From positions 69,130,001-69,194,000 of the forward strand of contig OZ024741.1 in the NCBI GenBank assembly GCA_964016885.1: DNA of 64,000 nt, in the 5' to 3' direction. The stretch's first letter is position 1. The number at the start of each line of letters is the position of its first letter. The position numbers were made by a program, and so were the translations under genes. Origin of the DNA: Eledone cirrhosa (taxonomy: Eukaryota). Below are positions 49,158 to 62,935 of this stretch, one piece after another. The notes below the pieces were generated by a model. The model saw only the letters and a program-made list of their open reading frames with translations. It did no database searches and had not been told where the DNA came from.

Positions 49158-51519
49158 AGTCATTTATTTTCTTTTAAAATGTTCATTAATATATTTCTCC
49201 TACTTTCCAAATCCAACCCCACCCTCTGCTCACCCTTATTTCTCTGCCTCTTTTTTCTCTTATCTCTCCTTCTTCCTTCTTCTTCTCTCCTTCTCCCTTC
49301 CTTCTTTTTCTCCTCCTTCCCTTCTTCCTCTCTCATCCTTCCCTTCTTCCTCTCTCATCCTTCCCTTCTTCCTCTCTCATTCCCTTCTTCCTCTCTCATT
49401 CCCTTTTTCCCTTCTTCCTCTCTCATTCCCTTTTCTCACCCCTTTCTCACCCCTTTCTCTCTCTTTCTCTCTCATTCCCTTTTTCTCTCTTCTCTCTCAT
49501 TCCTTTTCTCACCCCTTTCTCTCTTTCTCTTCTCATTCCCTTTTCTCACCCCTTTCTCTCTTTCTCACTTTCTCTCTCTTTCTCTATTCTCTCCTTTTTT
49601 CCTCATTTTTTTTTTCACCACCTCTTCTCTCTTTCTCACCTTCTTTCCTCTCTCTTTCTCTCTGCCTTATTTCCTTTTCTCTCATCTTTTCTCCTCTCTC
49701 ATCTTTCTGTGTACCTTTATCTCTCTCTCTCCCACAGTCAATTCTATGCACCTCTGTCCATTCTCTATTTCTAAAGGGAAAGCTAGGCTGATATATATAT
49801 TGATTATATCCAGCTTATGTTATATAGATTAATAAAATAGAATTGCCAGCAAAAAATGGGAAAGGAGACCTCAAAAAAAGGGGGAAAAACGAAATAAGTA
49901 GAATGTGTGTATGCACATGAATGTGTGTATGTGCATGTGGACAAATGTATGCATGTGTAATATGCAAATGGGGGTGAAACAACTTTCTCTATTCAAATCA
50001 CCTTGGAATAGAGAACATATAACTGGAAAATAAGTGTGTGTGTGGTGTCTGTACATATGTGTGTCTTTCTGAGCATGCATGTACATATCTATATTGTGTA
50101 TGTAATATGCCACATTTGTAAAAGAAACCTTAACCCTTTCATGCTAGCTTTGAAAAAAAAAATACAACTGGAAAATTGTGTGTGTGTGTGTAAATTTGCA
50201 GAGAAAACTCCCGTTTAATCTAGCCTGGCAAAGTGGAAAATAAATGTATGTTTGGGTCTGTGTAGGTAGGGTGATATATATATATATATATATATAAGAG
50301 AGAGACATGGATGGAAGAATCTGGAAAGAAGTAAAACCCTAGTGACAAAGAGAATAAGGAAACTGAAGGTGAGATAAAATGTGAGATATAAGAAGGCCTT
50401 ATAATACTGATGAAAGGAATGTAAAACAAATATGGTGATGATGATAATAGTGATGCTGGTGGCGTAGGTTTGTGGTGGTGGTGGAGTAGGTTGTGGTGGT
50501 GGTGGAGTAGGTTGTGGTGGTGGTGGTGGTGTAGGTTGTGGTGGTGGTTGTGGTGTTTGGTTGTGGTAGTGGTGGTGGTGGTGGTTTTTTCGTTTTAGCA
50601 TTGGCACAACGCCAGCAATTTGGAGAAGGGGGAAAGTCAGTTACATTGACTCCAGTACTTAACTGCTACTTTACTTTTTCATGTCTTAGGGAACCCCTGC
50701 TTAAAAATTATTGTATATTACCATTATTGATATTTATTTCTATTTCTGTTTCTCGTAGAACCCCTAGCGACCTCTTGCAGAATGATAGGGTTGAGAAACG
50801 CTGCCTCTGCCTGATAAAGTGTGGATTTGTACTTGTGTTAGAAATCATTTTCATTACTGTGGAAGTTCCACAGTTCCATAGTAGCCTTGAAGACTGAGAT
50901 TAGTTGAATAGTTTATGGAAAAATCACAAATACTTAATTTCTTTTGAATAGTACTTTTCCCTGATGCATTTGTTTCTTGAGAGGGTGAAAATCTACATTA
51001 GTAGTAGTGAAGGTACCGTCTTAGTTGGAGTAACATCTTTGAAATCTATATTCTTTGTTGCACATTTGTCACCTTTTCTACTTTAAGAATTTCATCTATT
51101 ATCTTTAATCCTTATATCAAGAAGTGTACCTGAGAATGCATTATGTAAAATACATTCATATCTGCATCTATACACATTTAAACACTTCAGAGCTATTGTC
51201 GTATTTTATATATACTGGACAGTGTTTGGCTTATGTCAGATGCTGTGACCCCGGTTAGACCAGCAGTACTGTTGGTAGAGGTCGAAAGTCCCCAAGTCCT
51301 TCTCAACGGCCAATGACCATGAAGCTCTGTGTCCTTCGTTTGTATTTTTAAAAAGTAATTTTCGAAGGTTTCCCCTTAAAAAATTGTTTTTCGTTTTTTG
51401 TTTTGCTTGCTGTCTTGTCCTCTTTTGTTAATTTACATAAGTTATATATATATATCTATATATATATATATCATCATTATCATCATCATCTTCGTTTAAC
51501 GTCCATTTTCCACGCTAGC

Positions 51520-51990
<471 letters not shown>

Positions 51991-52000
51991 TGATATATAT

Positions 52001-52270
52001 CATCATCATCATCATCATCATCACCGTTTTACGTCCGTTCTTCCACGCTAGCATGGGTTAGACGCGTTGTCCTGTTGTGGGCAGTGTCTAGTCGGCTGAT
52101 CATGCCTTGCTCATACAGGAACTGATTTGGCTTGATTTCTACAGCTGGATGCCCTTCCTAACACCAACCTCATTTACAGTGAGTGCTGGGTGCTTTTTCG
52201 TGGCGCCTACACGTCCACTTTACAGTGTGGGCTGGGTGCTTTTTTGCCGTGACACCTCCACGACCACCTT
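52001..52270 (-). mobile_element. SINE group 2 3' half, inverted relative to 51662-51990
   Basis: Reverse complement of the 'aagcacccagcactcactgtaaatgagg...' segment and the (GAT)n tail. Confidence 0.85.
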
Positions 52271-52307
52271 GCAGTGGGAGGGTGTGGGGGCATATTGTCT
52301 ATATGCT

Positions 52308-52625
52308 TCAGCTTGTACCCATGGGAGGTCGGGTACTCTGTATTATTGCGTGACGCCAGAGGTCACGGTTGTGTGTCATCGCCTTTGAGAAGTGTAATTG
52401 GGTAAGGTCGGCTTTTATCACCTCATCCCATGTCATCTTGGGTCTCCCCACTCCACGGTTTCCATCGACTTCTAGTGCTCTGCACCTTTTTATGCAGCTG
52501 TCATCCTTCATACGCATCACATGTCCATACCAACTAAATCACCTCTCCTGCACACAGCATTTGATTCCTCTTATGCTCAGTCTCTCTCTCAATTCATTTA
52601 TGCTTTGTCGGTCGCGTATATTACT
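52308..52625 (-). pseudogene. RTE-clade LINE 3' fragment
   Basis: GHVMRMKDDSCIKRCRALEVDGNRGVGRPKMTWDEVIKADL...NRDLWR. Confidence 0.85.
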
Positions 52626-52694
52626 ATTACATATATATATATATGAAATAGAAGCTTTTGCTGTATTTTTGACTAAAGAAATTTTAGCCTGATA

Positions 52695-52796
52695 GTGGGG
52701 TTTAGAACCCTCTAAGAAATGGAAAAAGATGAGTATTGACGTACATGTACATCAATACTCATCTTTTTCCATTTCTTAGAGGGTTCTAAACCCCAC
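52695..52796. repeat. 102-bp near-perfect palindrome without spacer
   Basis: 51-bp arms, one mismatch, centre gtaca|tgtac. Confidence 0.9.
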
Positions 52797-55318
52797 ATAT
52801 CAAATTTATCGATGTAGATGCCTAGATATTAGATATGTGTATATTTATATACACATTGGTGCAGTCTCAGTTACCCACTTTGTATGTATACAGATATAAC
52901 TTTATTATATTTACATTGCTTTTAGTCTTCCTGGAAATTAACCAAAGTAATTAAGTTTTGTAACGAAATACTTCATCTGTAACATGAAAGTTTTAAGTGT
53001 GAAAAATATGGTAATTCAGTTTGTTTTCCATTAAATGAAATACATCATAGACTTTATGTATCAAAAATTATTTATATATCTATATAATCTGTTATTTAAT
53101 TTAGTAAGAATATTTTTCGTGTTCCAAAGGAGTAATTATATTATAAATTATATTAATAGATTATTGAATAATTATCTATCTACTTATTTACCATTAATCT
53201 ATTTTGTAGAGTAAATATGGTCTTATTCACCCGTTTTGAAATTTCATTTATTTATCCAACACCACCATTATCATCACCACCATCATCACCATCGCTATCG
53301 CTACTATTACCACTATCATGACCATCACCACCACCATCATCATCAGCACCACCAACATCGTCACTGCTATTAACACCATCATCATTATCACCACTACCAT
53401 CTCCACCACCATCATGACCACCACCACCATCATCACCACCACCACCACCACCACCACAATCACCACCATATTGTCATAGTGGATGTCACAGTAGTTTTTA
53501 TCACTGTCTGTGTTACTACTTTACTATTGTTGACATCACTATTAGCATGATTACCCTTATCTCCATGTCATCTGTATCATATTTGTATTTCTTTCACCTC
53601 TTCTCTTGCATAAACCATTGTTTTCTTCCTCACCCCTATTCTCTGAACATACTTCTACCCACACATTATTTGCACCACTTTCTGTTCAAACCGGCTTCTC
53701 ATAGACTTGATATTATGTGAGATAAAGCCTTTACCATGAAAATACAATAGTAAATATAGAGTAATGTAAATGCTAAAGGGTTAAAGATGTTGAGTTCACA
53801 TTCACCCATGCTAAGACATACACCCACATTCACTGCTTTGGTTATTTCCATAACATTGCTACACAGCAAAGATGTTTACCAGTTTATTTATTGATCGCAG
53901 AAAATTTCTATATAATTAAATTACACAAATTTCTATAAAACTATGATATCCTTTATGATTCAGTAATGTGTTTTTTTCATGTCTGTGCCCTAGACAGCTG
54001 CCTAGTTGGCCTTGACACCTTTTGTTACCAACTCACCCATCCAAAACAGCCTCTGGTTTTATGAAACAAACCCACCCATTTTAAAGGGTTTCTATTTAAA
54101 CTATAACCTCCTCCTCCAGGGTTTTGGGAGCAGAGTTCTCAGTCACGCCTTCCAGAAGGTCCTATCAGAAGCAGCCAAGCTCATGTTATCCATCTTGCTC
54201 GGGGTCTCCTGCCCATAAAAATCTGTCCCATGATTCTTTCCTTAGACATGTTAACCACCCAACATAATTTTACATATTAATAATTTTAGTAAATCCATCA
54301 GGATTTTTCATTAACTAATTTTAAAACTGCCTCAGGTTCAATGAAACAAAACCACCCATTTTAAAGATTTAAATAAAAAAAAATTTACTGTACATACTTG
54401 TATATAAGCTGAGAAATATGTGACAAAAAACTTTAGGGGCAATACTTTGCTGATTTTCACCAACTTCAAAATTCTATGTAAATGAGGTGTTAACATATGT
54501 CCGCTTTGGAGGTTGTGAAACAAAATGTATACTTTAAAGGACATTTAAAACATCTTAAATATAAAGATATTAAAACTTCCTAAATATATTCTCCTCTTAT
54601 GAGAATGTCAAAACTGCACCATCTAAATATAATGTGGTGATTACCTGCCTCGGCTTATAAATAGGGTTTGGATTTTTGCCTATTTCTCAGATATAAAATA
54701 GGGGGTTGGCTTATATTTGAGTATATATGGTAAGTTAAAGCCTCATAATTTTGACTTTGTTACAAATACCATCATAATAATGAAATAATTAGTAAATCCC
54801 ACCAAATTCTTCAATAATTTCAAAACTGCTTCCTGTTCTACGACACAAAACCAACCATTATAAAGTTTCTATTTAAGTTAAAACCTTCCAACATAATTGG
54901 TAAATTCCTTCAAATACTGGGTATTTCATTAGAAATACAATAATGAAAGGGTTAATGGTAGCAACAACCCTTCCTTAAAGTAATGAGATGTCACATTTTA
55001 TTTTGGGATTTATCTCAAACAACCCACACTACCTCTCTATCCCTCCCTCTCTCTATCCCTCCTTCTTTACTTTCTATTACTCAAAGACAATAGGAATTTG
55101 AGTGCTAGCAGGCAATAGGGGTTCAATTATTGTCTATTTAATTGAACTAAATTCCCTTATTTGTTTTTTTTTTTTTAAATGTTTAGTTTTACTTGTTCCG
55201 TTTGCATTGCACCCCCCACACACTGTCCCACTTTTGTTTAAAGCCGCTTCCCCTTATCTCTCTGCATGCATCTGTATGCACGTATATATATGTATGTACT
55301 TATGTATGTATATGGGTG

Positions 55319-55350
<32 letters not shown>

Positions 55351-57099
55351 CGTAATGATCTATATATATAGGCATTTTGTGACATTTTCTGGATACATAT
55401 CTTATATTGTATTGTAAAGAATGAAACAAAAGAGATGTGTGTGTGAGAGAGAGGAGGGAGAGGGTGGGAGAGGGAGAGGAAGAGATGAACAAAAGGCAAC
55501 AATAACAATAACAGCACCGAGAAGGTTAAAAAAAATGATGATGAGTATGATGACAATCCTGATCATGTCAATATTAGTTGTCAGTGTAATGATATTGATA
55601 ATCATAATGACAATAGCAACAGTAATTATTATTATTATGATGATGATGATAATAGATATTATAATACATATGGTGATGATGATGATGATAATAGATATTA
55701 TAATACATATGGTGATGATGATGATGATAGTTATCATTATAATGATGATAATCACAATGTTTTTTACATTAGTTTTGGTAACATAATTCTAGCTATTTCC
55801 TGTTTGAGTTGGATTTTTTCTTTCTTAATTTTTCTACCAGAAATATATTTTTTCTTTTGTTTTTCTTTTTGTTTTTCATCTATTCCTTATTTATTTTTGT
55901 CTTCAGATTTTTTTTTCTCCCTTCATATTTTTTACCTTGTATTTATGTGTGTATGGATAATATATTCACATGTTTTTGAAAATATTGTCGCCAAAATGCA
56001 GATAACTATAATAGTTGTTAGTTGTTGATAATAGTTGAATAAATCAAGTAAAGTATACCTCAGGAGATGGAAAATAGTGGTGTTTAGAGACACCTGTAGG
56101 GAACCACACCCCTCCAATGCTGGGCGAGTATATTTAACCATTATATGTTCATGAGATTTTAGGTAGAAGAACAACAAATATTGGGAAAGGGGTAAAACTT
56201 ATCTAATTCTCCCCAGAACTCAAATAGTACATAACTCTATAAATCCTACCGAGGTTAGCTTTGCCTTTCATCCAGAAGGATGAAAGGCAAAGCTGACCTC
56301 GGTAGGATTTGAACTCAGAACATAGGGAGTTAAAACATACTTTGTATGACCCACAGTTATCACTGTCCTCCCTTTTCAATCTCCAGGAGTATTTTATATG
56401 ATTTATTCAGCCATTTTTTATAGTTATCAACTATAATTATAGTTTTCTGCATTGTGGCATCTGTATTTTCAAATTTCAAATTTCCCAATGCTTTGTAACG
56501 AAGTCTTGCTTGATGTATCTGTGTGAGTGTATGTGTGTGTGTGTGTGTGTATATGTATGGATGCATGTACATATATATGTGTGTGTGTGTATATGTGCAT
56601 GTATGCATGTATATGTAAATATGTGTGTGTATGTATTCATATATGTGCATGTGTGTGTACGTTTGTATATATGTAATCATACATGTGTATATTATGAGTG
56701 CGTATAATATATAATTTTACATTTCTTTCTTTCGTGTTTACTTTTCTTTGCTTTATTTTCTCTTTTGTCTTTTGTCTTCAATTTCATGATAAACTTCATT
56801 GTATTGTATAAAGTTAAATTAATGAAAACCCTGAAAGCAAATTGCATCTAATTCTATGGTAGATTTTATTCATGTAAAAAATGTTCACTGTTCACTGTTG
56901 TTTGAGTTTTTCTGTTATATTTATGCTTTTATTCTCTTTTGTTCCATTTATCTCATTCAGTCACTAAAGACCTGATCTCATTCGTCAGGAATTTTTCCCT
57001 CAGACTTTTGTAGATTTTTCAAGACTCAATTCTCTTGCCCCCTCCCCCTCTACCATATCTCCTCCTGAGTCTAGCTAATAAAGAACCTTTGGATCTTTT

Positions 57100-57390
57100 G
57101 GATTGACCAGACAATCAGATGCTCTTTTACATTGCTGTTCACAATAGATTGACCAGACCATCAGATGTCCTTATACATCATTGGTCACCATGGATTGATC
57201 AGACTATCAGAGTTCTTTGCTGGTCACATCAGGTTGACCAGGACATCAGTTATCCTTATACATCACTGGTCACATTGGATTGACCAGACTATCAAATATC
57301 ACAATGGATTGACCAGACTATCAAATGTCTATTTACATCATTAGTCATAGTAGACTCGTCAGACTATGATATCCTTATACACTGCTAGTC
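57100..57390. repeat. Degenerate ~46-bp tandem repeat (gattgaccagac.atcagat...ggtcaca), about 7 units
   Basis: The motif recurs at ~57101, 57147, 57193, 57233, 57278, 57307 and 57352. Confidence 0.8.
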
Positions 57391-57762
57391 ATTCCATTGT
57401 GCTCTTTCATTAGTAATATGGCAGTCAATATAGATAGATATCAGGTATAGAATTTGGCAGAAGAAACCAGGTTAGCAATCTCAGCTTAAAACTTATATCG
57501 CTTGCTTGGTTGGTCTATCTATCCATGGCCATCCCTACTGCTTTAGTTATTTGACTTTGTGGGGCTGCGAAAGTAGAAAAGTGATCCTGTAGGTGTCATG
57601 ACAAAAGCACCCAGCACACACTGTAAATGTGGTTGGCATTAGGAAGGGCATCCAGCCATAGAAACCAAGCCCAAAACAGTTCTGTATGTGCAAAACAGTC
57701 AGCTGATTTGGCTTGTTTAACCCATACTAGTGTGAAAAATAGACATTAAACAACAATGATGA

Positions 57763-57763
<1 letters not shown>

Positions 57764-57808
<45 letters not shown>

Positions 57809-57978
57809 TTACAATCAGCATCATCATTTTTATAGCCCCTCTTCCATGCTGGCATGGGTTAGATTGGATATTTTGAGAAAATGTTTTACAGCCCTTCCCG
57901 ACATCAACACTTTTAGCCACCACTTAGCACACACAGGGATACAGTGTTTCTATTCTAAAACACCAAGATGCACATAGC

Positions 57979-58024
<46 letters not shown>

Positions 58025-58123
58025 CAAGAATAAACAAGACAAACACAGAGATGCAAAAACACAGTCTTATTAGTTTCAAGTATATATATATATATACCTA
58101 ATAAGACTTTGTGTTTATTCTTG

Positions 58124-58183
<60 letters not shown>

Positions 58184-58353
58184 GCTATGTGCATCTTGGT
58201 GTTTTAGAATAGAAACACTGTATCCCTGTGTGTGCTAAGTGGTGGCTAAAAGTGTTGATGTCGGGAAGGACTGTAAAACATTTTCTCAAAATATCCAATC
58301 TAACCCATGCCAGCATGGAAGAGGGGCTATAAAAATGATGATGCTGATTGTAA

Positions 58354-58386
<33 letters not shown>
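57764..58386. repeat. ~620-bp inverted duplication (fold-back)
   Basis: 57805-57981 is the reverse complement of 58181-58357 with one mismatch noticed. (TA)n tracts and inner short arms are mirrored too. Confidence 0.95.
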
Positions 58387-58387
<1 letters not shown>

Positions 58388-59335
58388 CAGAGAGAGAGAG
58401 AGAGAGAGAGATGGTGGAGGTGGCAGCAGAAAAACTGACTTAAGTGCAAGAGTCTATTGGTTATTTTCAAATTTGGTTGTTGACTTTTATCACATTTCAC
58501 CTACTGTGTCTCCCCTCCCCCCAATTCTCCGGAAATGTAGTGATGGAAGAAAAGGGGGGAAGGGGGGTAGGACGGGGCTGTAGTTTCTAAGGTTGCTTTT
58601 GTTATTGTTCCGAAGATATTTGTGAATGAGTTGGTGGTGGTGGGGTGGAGGTTAAGTTTTGGAGGGTTGATCATCATCGTCATCGTCATCATCATCATTA
58701 TCATCATCATCATTATTTCTGTCACTGTTGTCATTCTTTATCATTATAGCTATTTTTAATACCTGTTTCTAGAGGATTGATGGTTGTGATGGTAGGGTTG
58801 GTAGTAGTGGTGATGCTGGTGGTTGGTGGTGGTGGTGGGGGGTGTCAGTGTTGGTAGTGGTGGTGGGGATGATGGTGGTTGTCTTCACAGATGCCACTAG
58901 ACCACCACCACCATCACCATTATTTTCTTTCTAATAATATTTTACTATAAGAAATCATCATCATCATCATCATGGTCGTTGTCATCTCCAGCCTCACCAT
59001 TACTGTCATAACACCACCACCTGAGGTATAAGTTCCTTGTCCAAAACAGACCACCTCCACTGTACCTGTCTACCCACTCTCCATTACACCAATGCTGGAA
59101 GCATCAATTCAACAGAATGAAATAGATTTATTTCTATTCTGAGTTCATCATTTTGTTGTTCTCCCCAGGGGATATGCTCCTAAGCTACAAGAAAAGACTT
59201 CACCAATCAATAAGTCACATAATCTTCCTCTTTATTTCTTTGTTTTTATATATTTTTCTGTTCTGTTTTTGGTTTGCTTTTGTTTGTTGATTTGCGTTTC
59301 AATCCTGTTTGTATTTTTATATATCCTAATTTTAA

Positions 59336-59366
<31 letters not shown>

Positions 59367-60474
59367 ATATATGTATATATATATATACTCCGTCATTATC
59401 GTTTTAACATCCACTTTTCCTCTACATGCTGGTATGGGTTCGACAAAACTTCTTGGCACAGTGTTTTAAGGCCAGATATCTTTCCTGGCGCCACCCATTT
59501 CAGTCATCTCTTACAACACACAGGGATATTTGTGTACCTATTTTAAAAAGCCGGAATGTGCATGGTCTCTCTCTCGCTCTCTCTCTCTCTAATCATATTT
59601 ATAGGCATACACACAGACCCCTGCTCATATATATTTGATGCTTCTAAAAATATTGAACATTTTGCTATTCTTTTCTACAAATTCTGATTTCTTGCTGAGA
59701 ATAGAGTGGAGTGTTTGTTTGTTAGTTTGTTTCTTGAAAATTTTTTTATTTATATTATGAGAAGTGATAATTAGAAGAAAATAGAGTTTCTAGCATGATT
59801 CCTCCCGTTGATTGTTTTTTTCTTCCACATATATGTTATTTTTTCTCTTCCGACACCTATGTAGTTCTGTTAGTACAAACTGGTGATCTGGTATCATACC
59901 GTTGGCGTCTTGATGATGATGATGATAATAATTTCTAAGTAGGGGAAAGTTGATTACCAACCCTTGTAGGTAACCAGTTCAGAAGGATTAACTCTTTAGC
60001 ATTTACATTACTCTATATTTTCTATTGTATTTTTGCAGTAAAGGCTTTACCTCACATAATTATCTCACATAATATCGAATCTATGAGATTTTGATATTAT
60101 TTATTTCGAGAAGAATACTTTAAAGTCAGTGTGAGGAGCTAGTTACGGCTGGTTTGAATGGAAAGAGGTGAGAGAATTCTGGCCGGATATGGCTGGTTTA
60201 AATGCTAAAAGGTTAAAGGCAAAGTTAAGCTTAGTGGCATTTGAACTAAGAATGTAAAGGGCTTACTATTGTGTTAATCGACTGCTCCATAATGATGATG
60301 ATCATGATTGTATGTATGTAATGCATGTATGTATATAATGCATGCATGTATGTATGTATGTGTGTGTATGGATCCATAATTCCTGATGGTGTTATAGGGG
60401 CATTGTAGTGACAGACATTTTACACCTCCAGGTCTGAACAGAGGAATAAAGAGGTATAAAGGAAAAAAAATCAA

Positions 60475-61007
60475 TCCCTGAACTGGACTGGTACTTTATT
60501 TAGCGACCTCATAATGATAAAAGGCAAAGTTCACCTGGGCAGGAATTCAGAGTTCAGAGAGCTGAAACAAATATTGCAAAGCATTCTGCCTGACTTCCTA
60601 ATTTCTCTGCCAATTTGCCTAATAATAATAATTTCTACTTTTGGCACAAGGCCAGCAAACATCCCAGTGTATTACTGGTACTTTATTTTATTGACCCCGT
60701 AAGGATGAAAGGCAAAGTTAACCTTGGAGGGATTTGAACTCAGAATGGCAAGGGCTGTAACTCTATGCATCAAAGCATGGCGTCCGACCCTCTACCGATA
60801 CTGCCATGGTTTCTTATATAGGCATTAGGCCAGCAAGTTTGGGGAGGGGAAAGTCAATGAATTTGATCCAAGTGTGCGACTGGTACTTTATTTTATCAAC
60901 CCCATAAGGGTGAAAGGCAAAGCTAACTTTGGATAGATTTGAACTCAGAGCGTAAAAGGCCGTAACTCTATGCCACAAATCATGTTTACCGATACTGCCA
61001 AGCCACT
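60475..61007 (-). mobile_element. Three head-to-tail SINE group 1 copies
   Basis: Repeated 'ctggtactttatttt...aaaggcaaag...ttgaactcag' motifs. Confidence 0.9.
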
Positions 61008-61777
61008 AATAATAATAATAATTGCTCTGATGAGGTGGGCAGAGGGGTCTCATTAGGTGTCTTCATACTCACACCATATATTACAGATTGCTAATCTCCA
61101 CTGGAGCCCCCCCCCCCCCCCCCCTTCAAATATCTTCCTTTCTGTCAGACACTTTTAGAAACACATCTTTTCCCTTTTGGTGCTGCTGGCTTTGGGCTAA
61201 TGCCAATATATAGAAATATACAAATAAATTTGGACACACACACACACATATACATATATATACAATCACACACTCACACACACACATATATATACAATCA
61301 CACACTCAAACACACATATATATATACAATCACACACACACACATATACATATATATACAATCACACATTCAAACACATGCACACACACATACTCACACA
61401 CACACACACACAGAAACATACTCACTAGAGCACACGCACTCAAAAATACAAACATACACAAGCATACGTGTTTGCACACACAAACACATACTAACAAACA
61501 TACAGAAAGATAAATACACATCTGTTATACAAACAGTTTTAACTTGCCAGCAAATCTGGTTCCAATTTGCATTTTTGTTTTTAAATGTCGGTAGCTGATG
61601 CCATTGGTCAAGGCATAAACATCCTTATCCTTATTTTTATAATTATGTGTATACTGTACCGATTGTGTTGTTACTTCTGTTTAGCTTTTACATACACACA
61701 CACATATATACACATATATTCATTCATACATACACACACATGTATATGTATATAATATATATATATATATTCACACA

Positions 61778-61840
<63 letters not shown>

Positions 61841-61922
61841 GCGCGCACGCGCGCACGCGCACACGCACACACGCACACACGCACACACGCACACACACAC
61901 ACGTGTGTGTGTGTATATATGG

Positions 61923-62252
61923 TGGCACATGGCTTAGTGGTTAGAGCATTGGCCTTGCAATCGAAAGGTTGTGAGTTCAATTCTCAGACCGAGTGATGTG
62001 TTGTTTCCTTGAGCAAGGCACTTTATTTCACATTGCTCCAGTTTACTCAGCTGTAGAAATGAGATGATAGGGACGAGGGTCCCTATCATTCCACTGCAAA
62101 GTGGTCGTGGAGGTGCCACAGCAAAAAAAGCACCCAGCACTCACTGAAAATGAGGTTGGTGTTAGGAAGGGCATCCAGCTGTAGAAATCAAGCCAGAATC
62201 AGTTCCCGTCCCACCCTTGCAAGCAGGGAAAAGGCGGACGTAAAATGATGAT
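61923..62252 (+). mobile_element. SINE group 2, young subfamily
   Basis: Nearly identical to 51662-51990. Confidence 0.9.
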
Positions 62253-62379
62253 ATATATATAAAATAAAGTACCAATAATGCACTGGGTAATTGCCTTGTG
62301 CCAAAAGTAGAAACAATTATATATATATATATATATATATAATGTCATCATCATCCTTTTTATGTTCATTTTTCCATGC

Positions 62380-62935
62380 TTGCATGAGTTAGATGTGTTT
62401 TTACCAGAACAGTGTCCAACCCCTTGTTGCATTCCTTCATCTCGTCTGTGAGGTTCATGCTGTTGAGATCTGCTCTCACTTTTTCTGTCCAGCTCTTCTT
62501 AGGGTGTTCCTCTACTGCAGCCCCTTTTCAGTGGAAACTCTTGACATTTCTTCACCCAACAATCATTATCCATACAAATCACATGACCATACCAGTGTCG
62601 TTTTCTCTCTTGCACACTTTGTATGATTCCTGTTAGATCCAATTTCTTTTTCAGTTCATCCATCAGAGCATGTTCACTTCCCTTCTCTCCAACCATTGCA
62701 TAACCTCTGTATTTTCTGCCTATATTTCACTCCCATGCCAAATTGCATTTTGCATGCAGGTGTCATGCAGCTGGCCTTCTGTTCATAGAGAGAAACCATT
62801 TGTTGTCAACAGAGGTAGTAGCTCCCCTAAACCTTTTCCACCTTGTTCTTATTTTAGCCCTCTATGTTTTCAGAGTAAACCCCTCTAGTGCTAATTAGTT
62901 CACCTAGGTAACTATCAATTACTGCTATAGCGCCT
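62380..62935 (-). pseudogene. Decayed RTE-clade LINE fragment
   Basis: DELKKKLDLTGIIQSVQERKRHWYGHVICMDNDCWVKKC. Confidence 0.8.

Noticed and set aside
59150-59220. Strong-looking splice acceptor (ttttgttgttctccccag), with similar sites at ~8804, ~38191 and ~41518, and a minus-strand donor at ~13467
   Set aside because: There is no convincing matching donor or recognisable peptide, so these cannot be supported without RNA data.
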